From Neocallimastix sp. 'constans' (taxonomy: Eukaryota): a stretch of DNA of 48,799 bases. The notes under the pieces were generated by a model. That model worked only from the letters and a program-made list of their open reading frames with translations, ran no database searches and had not been told where the DNA came from. Within the stretch, counting starts at the first letter, position 1, and each line of letters begins with the position of its first letter. The stretch covers positions 1,550,001-1,598,799 of the forward strand of contig JBODTK010000010.1 of the NCBI GenBank assembly GCA_050613775.1, in the 5' to 3' direction. The position numbers and the translations under genes are program-made. Shown one piece after another: positions 39,874-48,799 of the stretch.

Positions 39874-40163
39874 TTTTATTTTTATTTTTCTTTTATTTTT
39901 TTATTTTTTTTTATTACCTTATCAAGATATTCATCATTACTACTCAAGAAATCCAAATTGTGATACTTTTCAATCTTTTGGAGAACCTGTTCATTAGGTA
40001 AGGTGACAAAATGTTTACATTGACGAAGATAATTTGTTCTTAAACGCTTAATTTCAAAATATTTAATCATTAAAACTTCTTCCTCCTCCTCTTCCTTTTT
40101 ACTTTTTCCTTTACTTCCTTTACCTTTTCCTCCCTTTTTCTTTTTAGATTTATCTGGTGCCAT
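36181..40163 (-). CDS. RNI-like (ribonuclease-inhibitor type) LRR protein with basic termini and an Asn/Ser/Gly-rich insertion
   Basis: Exons 40163-39918, 39458-39327, 38318-38029, 37742-36896; GT-AG and frame-consistent. Repeats LEDISLDHNPLRGEG, ITELDLCGNFIGQDGVMFLATAL, LKVLNLSSNNI, ITHLDLRGNSIGNNGGE. The 3' end is uncertain: either a tiny last exon at ~36191-36181 or read-through to the stop at 36869. Confidence 0.88.
36407..36812 (-). repeat. (TAAAA)n microsatellite with one embedded ~32-bp unit (36488-36519)
   Basis: TAGTAGAATATGAATATAAAGTACAGATTGAA is the reverse complement of the array unit at 26641 with one mismatch. Confidence 0.95.
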
Positions 40164-40171
40164 TTTTCTCC

Positions 40172-40215
<44 letters not shown>

Positions 40216-43200
40216 TTTTGCTCCCTTTCTATTGGTTCTTTGTTATATATAATTCTTTTTAACTCTATACTTTATTATTTTTACTTTTTATTTTATTATA
40301 TATATATAATATATATATAATTTTTTTTTTTTTTTTTTTTGATATTTATTATATATTTTTCTCCAATATTTTTCTTTCGTTCCTTTTTCTTTTTTTTTTT
40401 TTTTTATTTTGTAATTTTTTTTATTTTTGAATTTTTTTATTTTTTATTTCCTCGATAGTTTTTAATTAAAAAAGAAAAAAACCTCTATTTTTATTATATG
40501 GTTTTACAAGTTTTTTTTTTTTAATATTTTAATTTTTTATTTTTTATTTTTTATATATTATATAAATATTATATATATATTTATATATATATTTATTCTT
40601 TTTGTATATTCTTTATATATATTTGTTTATATATATGTTTTTTTAAAAAATAAATATTTTTATTTTTATTTTTATTAAATAACCTAAAATATATTATAAT
40701 TAGGTGATTTTTATTTTTTTATTTTTCTTTCTTTCTTTTTGCTTTTTCCTTTTTTTTTCCCCCCTATTTTTTTTATCTTTTTTTTCTTTTCTTTTTATAT
40801 TTTTCTTATGAATTCAAATAAATTATTATAATATCTTCTTTTTTTTTTTTTTTTTATTTTATTTTTTATTTTTTAATTATTTATTATCTATTGAAATCAA
40901 TCAAAAAATGATTTTTTTTTTCTCCTTGATATTATTTTTTATAAAAAAAAAAAAGAAAAAAAACCCAAGAAAGTTAAAACTTTATAAAATAATTTGAGAT
41001 GAATGAATGAGTAAATGAATGAATAAAATAAGTTTAAAGAAAGAAAGAATATGTATATATAAGAATAAGTGAATAAGTAATTTTTTTTCTTTCTTTTTAT
41101 CTTTGATAAAATTTGGAATGATACAAAATAATAGTAAAATATAATTTTTATCTCTCTCTCTTTTTTTTTTTTTCTTTTTCTTATTTTTTCTCCTTATTAT
41201 CTCTTTTTTATTTTTTTTAATATATATATATATATGCTTTTTTTTTATTTTAAATGAGTCTTTAAATTAATTGAATAAGCACTTTATATAATGGTATTTG
41301 GTATGCGTAGGTTAAAGGAAAGAAAGAGTGTATATATATGTGTATTTATGTATGTATATTTATGTATATATGTATATATATATGTGCATATATATATGTA
41401 TATAGAAGTTTCTTTTAATTTTTTATTTTTCTTTTTTTTTTTAAAGATGGATATAGGTTCTCCTTAATAAAAAGATTTTTTTTCCTTTTTTACTTTTTAT
41501 TTTATAAAAAACAAAAATATATTATATATGTATATATATATAAATAAAAAATAAGAAAAATTATAATATAATATAATAATATATAATATAATATAGTATA
41601 ATATAATTTATATAATGGATGGTATTTCTTTTTTTACTTTTTTCTTTTTTATCTTGAATAAATATATATATATATATATTATAAATATTTTTATTTTATT
41701 TTTTTCTTTTGAAAAAATTTTTTTTATTATTATAATTATTAATATATTTTTTTAATAATAAGATTTTTTTTTTTTTTTTTTTTTTATTATATTTTTGTAT
41801 AGTTAGGATTATTTTAATTGTTTATTTAATGTTGGTATCGAAATTTTTATTAAGTTATTTTTTATTTTTAAGAAGAAAAAAAAAAAAAAAAGGAATAATA
41901 ATTTTTAGTTAACTATTGTATTGTAAATTGTCAATTTTTTTTTATATTATAATATTTAAATATTATTATTATTATAATATAATATATATATATGCATTTT
42001 TTATTATTATTTTATTATTATTTTATTATTATTTTATTATTATTTTATTATTATTTTATTATTATTTTACCTTTTTTTTTTTTTATGTTATTTTTTTATT
42101 TTTTACTTTTTTTTTTAAAAAAAAAAAATTTTTTAATAATTAATAATTATTAATTATAATAGTAATAATAATAATCAAATGAATAAATATATTAAAGATT
42201 AATAACAAAAAAAATAAAATAAAATAAAATAAAATAGAAATAAAAATAAAATTTAATTAATCAAACATCTTAATTAATATCAAATAATAAGAAAATAATA
42301 ACAATAATAATAATAAAAATAATAAAAATAATAAAAATTATATGATATAGAAAAAGATGATAAAGTAATCAAAAAATCAATCAATAAAAAAAATCAATAT
42401 TGAGTATATTAAATAAAATAAAAACATATAACAAAAAAAAAAATAAAAAAAAAAAGATAAATAAATAAATTCATCACCGACAAGAGTAAAAAAGAAAACA
42501 AGAAAAAAAATTTTTTTTAAAATATAAATTTTAATTAATAGTTTTATTTTTTGTTTTTAAAAAAAATTTATTAATTTAAATTTTTATATTTTTTGAATTT
42601 TTGAATTTTTTTGAATTTTTATATTTTTTGAATTTTTATTTTTTTTTTTTAAAAATATATATATATATATATTATAAAAATCAAAAAATAATAAGAAAAA
42701 ATAATCTTTTTTTATTTTATTTTTTTTTCCTTCTTCCTTCTTTCTTTCTTTTTTTTATATATATATATATATATTTCTTTCTTATTTTATTTTATAAAAT
42801 AATAATAATATAATAATAATATAATAATAATATAATAATAATAATAATAATATAACACATTCTAAAACCAGAAATGAATGTGACATAACATGTAAATTAC
42901 TTTAAATTTTCGATTAATAATAATATATAATAAATGAATAAATGAATGTATATAAAATAAAATATTTGATTTAGAGAATTAAGATCATACTTTATATTCC
43001 ATAGAAATAAAAAAAAAAAAAAAAAAGTGCATAATATATAAATATTATATTTATATATATTTCTTAACCTTTATATTAATGACGAATTCTAATAAGTCTA
43101 TTTCTTATAAAGATCATTAAAGATAAAATAAAATAAAGTTCATTATTTAAAATAATATTAAAATAAATAAAAAAAAAAAAAATAAAAAATAAAAAAAAAA

Positions 43201-43338
43201 TAATAATAAAATAAAATAAAAAATCAACAATAAAAAAAAAGTTTATTTTATAAATTTCTCGATTAAAAAAAAAAAATAAAATAAACTAATTGAATTGATC
43301 TTTATAAAAAAAAATTTTTTTTTAAAGAATATATATAT

Positions 43339-46300
43339 TGTTAAAGAAGTCACACAGAATATATTTATAATATTATATATTTATTTATATATATTTAATA
43401 ATTATAATTTTATATTTTATAATAAAAAGGAATCAATTATTTAATAGTATACATTAATTCAACATTTAATCTATTACATACATTGAATCATTAATATACT
43501 TTATAATATCTTAATGTACATAACTTATCATTCTCCTTACATTAAGTATTATAATTTTTTTTTTTTTCAATCTGTAAAAATTATATTTGTAAAACGATTC
43601 ATTTATATACCTGTAATACCTTTTGCTAGAGGATCGGATAACATATTTTCTGTATTAATATATTCTAATATAATATTATTGTTATTTATTTCTTCTTGTA
43701 TAAATTTATATCTAGTATTTATGTGTTTACATGAGCCTTTTTGAATTTGTATCTTGAACTATTGCTATACAAGCTTTGTTATCTACCATAATTTTAATTT
43801 TTATATCTTTATATTAAATATCGATGGCTTGTTCATATGTGTTTGGAACGTTCGTAATAATGTTCATAACTCTGTGTCGTCGTTTATTATATTTATTTTT
43901 TAATTTTTCTTTTCTTAAATTTTAATGGTTCATTATCTGAATCACTGTAATATTCACATTCTTCTTCGAGAGATCTTCTATTATTTAAATTATTTTTATT
44001 GTCATCATTATTGTTTAAATTATTATTAAAATTAGGTTATTATTGTCATTTAAATTATTTTTATTTAAGTTATTATTGATATTTTGATTATTATTATTAT
44101 TATAAGAATTATTATTTGTATCAATATTATTGTTTGAATTATTATTATTATTATTTAAATTATAATTATTATTTTAAAATATTCATATTATTATCATTTT
44201 TTATATAAATTATTATTATTATTTAAATTGATATTATTAAATAAATTATTATTTTTCAAACCATTATTATTATTATTATTATTATTCATATCACTATAAT
44301 TATTATTATTCATATCATTATTATTGTTTAAAGGATTTTTTTAATTGTAAATCATTTATAATATCATTAGAACTATTACTTTCCCCCTCAAATAATAAAT
44401 CCTTGAAATCGATAATAGAATCAATATATTTGTTGTAAAAGAAAGTTCTATTAATAGTACCAAAAAAACAAACATTTCTTGCAGTAATAATAATAGAATT
44501 AGTAGAAATATCTAAAATTTTATAAATTTCACTAATAATTTTGAAAGGAGTAATATTAGAAAAATAAAGTAAAAAAACTTTATTAAAAAAAAAAATATCA
44601 TGAACATCAGATTTATTTTTTTAATAAGAAAAACCCTACATTTTTCTGGAAAAAAAAAAAAAAACATCAACATCAGATTTATTTTTTTTAATAAGAAAAA
44701 CCCTTCATTTTCTGGAAAAAAATCATCAAGAAAACTGTTAAAAGAATTTACTAAAATTTTCCTACAATATTGATGTAAACTAATTCCATTAATTTTTTCC
44801 ATATTTATTAAAAGAATTATAAAAAGGCTTATTCTTTAATTTACTTATTTTTTTTTACATTGATTACAATTTTTAGAGTTGTGATTTTTTAAATGTTCAA
44901 TAATGAAATTTTGATTGTTCTTATTACTGTAATGACCTATACGAGCGTGCCATAATATGGCATTAATCTGTAAAAACATAATTTTTTGATAAAATATTAT
45001 TTAGAGGTATGGGGTCAAAGGAGAAAAGGTTTTCATCATCTGTGATAGATATTAGAAATAATTTTTTTATTTTTTTTTTTTTATTTATTTATTTTTTTTT
45101 GATAAATTGTAGTCTATCTTTATTGTTAATGCATTCCATAATTATAGTACAACCATTTTTGAGAATGGATAGTGTTGAAATTAAATTGTTTTTAATAGTT
45201 GAAGAGTATTAAACGTCAGATAAAATAAAATTTATTAATTTTTTAAAATTTTCCATTATAAGTTCCTATAGGTTTTATTTCATCTAATATTCCTTTTGGG
45301 TAAATAATATTTTTATTGTTAATGTCATTAATATCTTTTAAATTATTTAAATTATTTTGTTAGATTGATTCCAGTCCCACCATCAATAATCCAATGTATG
45401 GATTTATTTTCCTTTTTTTAAAATTTGTGTTATTACAGTTTTCAATTACTGAGATATTCCAAGTAAAATTAATATATGTTTCATCATTAAAATCCTTCTC
45501 ATCATTATATTCATATGAATTGTCAGAAGTATCGTCATCATTATTGTTATTATAATTATCTTCATTACTATTACTTGAATGATAATTATTTTTATTTCGT
45601 TTTTAAATTAAACGTAATTCGTAATTGTTATTAATATTAGTATGACTTCTATAATTATTTTTATTTTTAAAATTATTATTTTTTATAATTATTATTTTCT
45701 TTTATTTAAAGAATTAAATATACAAAAATCAGTAGAATGACCTTTTTAACTTTACAGATATGACAGTAATATTCTTTATTAGAATTAATATTATTATAAG
45801 ATTTTCCTTTGTTCACACTATTAATATTTAAATCAATAGACATATTATTTGAATATTTTTGATATATTTGTCTTTTCGAAAAAAGTTCATGTCTTTTATA
45901 TCATTCATTAATTAAATTCATTAAAATTATTAAAGCTGTATATAGGAGGTGAATTAATACCAATTTTTATCTAGTTCAATAGATGAATGTAAAAATTTTT
46001 TTGTTTCTTCATCCATTAATCTTTTATTTAAATTTTCACACTCAGTTTTGATATTACTCAAAAAGATTATTTTTAATTCATTGATATACTGAATATAATC
46101 ATTATTATTAATTTTTTAAATTTTTGAATTTTTTGTTCAAAGATATTTTAATAATGCCTGTCCAGATTGATAGCAGAGCCTTTTCAATCTTTTGCATCAT
46201 TTAGTAGGCAGTTCTGCATCCAACTAAGGTATTCAGATTGTTAATTATTATTGACTAGACCTTCATTATCCTCTTTTTATTTGTTCTCTATTCATAATTT

Positions 46301-46440
46301 TAATATCTGTTTTTTTTTTTTTTTTTATTTGTCATTAAAAATATCTAAATCATTGGCAATTACATATCTTCTTAATGGTTCATACCAATTAAGGAAATTT
46401 TCTTTTGATATTTCTAAATCTCTTATGCCAAAAAGATTTT
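43339..46440 (-). mobile_element. Decayed, internally deleted Ty1/Copia retrotransposon with probable 3' LTR
   Basis: Minus-strand order: gag (ENFLNWYEPLRRY; zinc knuckle YCHICKVK/GHSTDFC ~45730-45770), protease WIIDGGTGINL (~45360-45395), ILWHARIGHY plus CNQC (~44860-44960), VPNTYEQAI (~43825-43850) and RNase H end KHINTRYKFIQE…TENMLSDPLAK (~43620-43735). Then PPT AAGGAGAA and a TG..CA LTR candidate at 43530-43339. No 5' LTR seen. Confidence 0.88.
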
Positions 46441-46472
46441 GATAATATTTATTAATTTTATTAATGATTATG

Positions 46473-46676
<204 letters not shown>

Positions 46677-47332
46677 CACTACACTAATATTATATAGTTA
46701 AAATAGAAAAAAAAAAAAGGGATTTTATTAATATTATTTTTACTAAATAATTTATGATATTTTCTTCCATATAGAATATTTTCTGTCCATCTGTGCATGA
46801 ATGATAAATTAAAAATATAATTATATTTTTAATTACACTAGTTAATATATTTACAAGTGCACTTTATAATAGCAAATAATATATACAATATATTTTAAAT
46901 AAATAATAGCACCAGTATTATTTATACAAGTTATATTTAATAATATATTATATAAACTTTATTAATTATCTTTTATTCAATTCTTAATAAATTTTTTATA
47001 TATATCTCTACTTTCCAAGTCCCCTTTTTAAATTATTACTTTTTCTCTATTCTTTTATGTCTTTGGTAAAAAAAATATATTTATCATTTATGTAGTAAAT
47101 AAATAAATGATAAATATGATGAAGATATTTAATTTTTAATTTATTTGATTTTTTATTTGTGGTTGTGGATTCATGTATGAGAATATTATACTTCTGCTTT
47201 ATTTCATTAATTAATAATATTTATAAATATCTATATTTTATATAATCTAATTTATTAAAAATATAATTCTATTTTATTGCTAATAAATATATTATATTAT
47301 AATTTTTACTATTTTCAATATTATTCTATTAT

Positions 47333-47378
<46 letters not shown>

Positions 47379-47432
47379 TTTTATTAATCTAAAATAATAT
47401 ATTAAAAAAAATTTATATTCTAAATTATTATG

Positions 47433-47463
<31 letters not shown>

Positions 47464-47472
<9 letters not shown>

Positions 47473-47514
47473 CTTAGAGAAAACTTAAATAAAGTTTTCT
47501 CTAAGTCTAAAAAA
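47464..47514. repeat. Perfect 23-bp inverted repeat with 5-nt loop
   Basis: TTTTTTAGACTTAGAGAAAACTT-AAATA-AAGTTTTCTCTAAGTCTAAAAAA. Confidence 0.9.
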
Positions 47515-47604
47515 TTTAAATTTATAATAATAATAAAATTGCATGTTTTAAATGAAAAATAACAAATAAAATACATGAAAAGGAAATAATATATATAATA
47601 AAAT

Positions 47605-47820
47605 TATAAAAGTGCGTTAGAAGCAATAGATTCTAACTTTTCCCATTCATCGATGATAACACCACGTCCATTATTGTGAGTAATAATTTCAGTATTAGTA
47701 TTGTCAATCTAATTTGTATCAGATCATAGATTTCATATTTAAGTTTTTCTAGAAAGACATTTCTATTAATACTATCTTCAATAATTGAGTTTTCATTATC
47801 AATTTTTTTATTACTTGACT
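47605..47820 (-). other. Possible terminal exon(s) or pseudogene fragment of a gene beginning beyond the window
   Basis: After TTAG the frame reads IDNTNTEIITHNNGRGVIIDEWEKLESIASNALL*. An upstream frame SSNKKIDNENSIIEDSINRNVFLEKLKYEIY is not in phase with it. Confidence 0.3.
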
Positions 47821-48338
47821 TTTATATCATTAAGAAAAAATATATTAAATAATTATCATTAATTTTTTATTTTATATAATATATATATAAATATTTTCAA
47901 TTTGCATTATTTATTTACCATTTATTAATATTATTTATTATATTCATTTTTCTATTTATATTTATTTTTTTTTTTATAATTTTTTTTATTTTTTATTTTT
48001 TATTTTTTTCTGTATTTTTTTATTTTTATATTTTTATATAATAATAACTAAATTTTAATAATTTTTTTTTAGTTCCAATATATTAAATAATTTTAAATTA
48101 ATTAGAATATCTAAAAAAAATAAGGAATTTAATAAAAAATATTTTAAATCTTTTTTTCTTTTTTTGAAAACTTTGAAGAATAAATAAAAATTAATTAGAA
48201 ATAAATAGTTCTTTTTTCTTCCTTTTGATTATTATTATTATTATTATTAAATTGAATAAATTAATAAATCAATTTTTATTTATTTTAGTTAATTTTTTTT
48301 AATATGTTTTTTTTATAAATAAACAAATAATAATAATA

Positions 48339-48381
<43 letters not shown>

Positions 48382-48741
48382 ATTAAATAAAAACTAAATA
48401 ATTAAAACGAATGATGATTGATATATTAAGATACATTAAATAATATATATCATTATATATTGAAAAATGTAAAAATCTTTTCATAATTATAATCTTTTAG
48501 AGTGTAAAAAATCAAATAATCATTTTGATTTACCAATAAAAAAAAAAAAAAAAAAAAAAAAAGATAATCATTTTTGAATATTACTTCAGAATATTATTCT
48601 TTAATAATTCATTATTTATTAAATATTTTTACATTGGGCATTCATAAAAGTATTGTAATATTTAAAATTATATAAATAATACTAATATATTATTTTAATA
48701 ATTTTATAATGTTGAATACAATAAATAAATAAATATATATA

Positions 48742-48799
48742 TTCAATCTGTACTTTATATTAATATTTCTACAATTTATTTTATTTTATTTTATTTTAT
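48742..48799 (+). repeat. Third locus of the ~32-bp unit, followed by (TTTTA)n to the window end
   Basis: TTCAATCTGTACTTTATATTAATATTTCTACAATTTATTTTATTTT; the left flank is (AT)n. Confidence 0.9.

Noticed and set aside
39626..42813. Short F/I/Y/L-rich ORFs (also 10439, 31953, 35935 and 47292)
   Set aside because: Low-complexity intronic or intergenic AT sequence with no motif support.
43105..43307. 12-bp inverted repeat TTATAAAGATCA/TGATCTTTATAA as MITE ends
   Set aside because: Short and AT-rich, with no clear TSD or second copy.
43567..43577. Partial matches to the 32-bp unit (TTCAATCTGTA here; AATCTGTACTTA at ~34953)
   Set aside because: Only 11-12 bp, inside decayed TE coding sequence and without TTTTA tracts; probably chance.
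44590..44725. ~68-bp tandem duplication inside the Copia element
   Set aside because: Real, but a routine local duplication in a dead element.

Overview
Extremely AT-rich, intron-rich eukaryotic DNA. Base composition, long homopolymer and microsatellite tracts and a fungal-type NOP2 suggest an anaerobic gut fungus (Neocallimastigomycota); this is an inference. Bases ~1-19 kb are a nested transposon graveyard: solo LTRs with 5-bp target-site duplications (TSDs), Ty3/Gypsy pol fragments and dispersed direct or inverted copies. This region also holds an intronless, frameshifted viral-type mRNA cap guanine-N7 methyltransferase fragment (15974-16560, minus) beside a 1.3-kb island of decayed, tightly packed unknown ORFs. 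Three spliced host genes follow: NOP2 (20405-24268, +, 8 exons), a kinase-less receptor-like protein with plant-type LRRs on 72-nt exons (28756-30989, minus) and an RNI-like LRR protein (~36181-40163, minus). Several decayed Ty1/Copia elements lie between and after them. The most unusual non-coding signal is a ~32-bp unit (TTCAATCTGTACTTTATATTCATATYCTACTA) always attached to (TTTTA)n. It forms a 9-copy higher-order array at 26216-27420 and also occurs singly at 36488 (minus) and 48742 (+). All calls were made by eye; no database searches were run.
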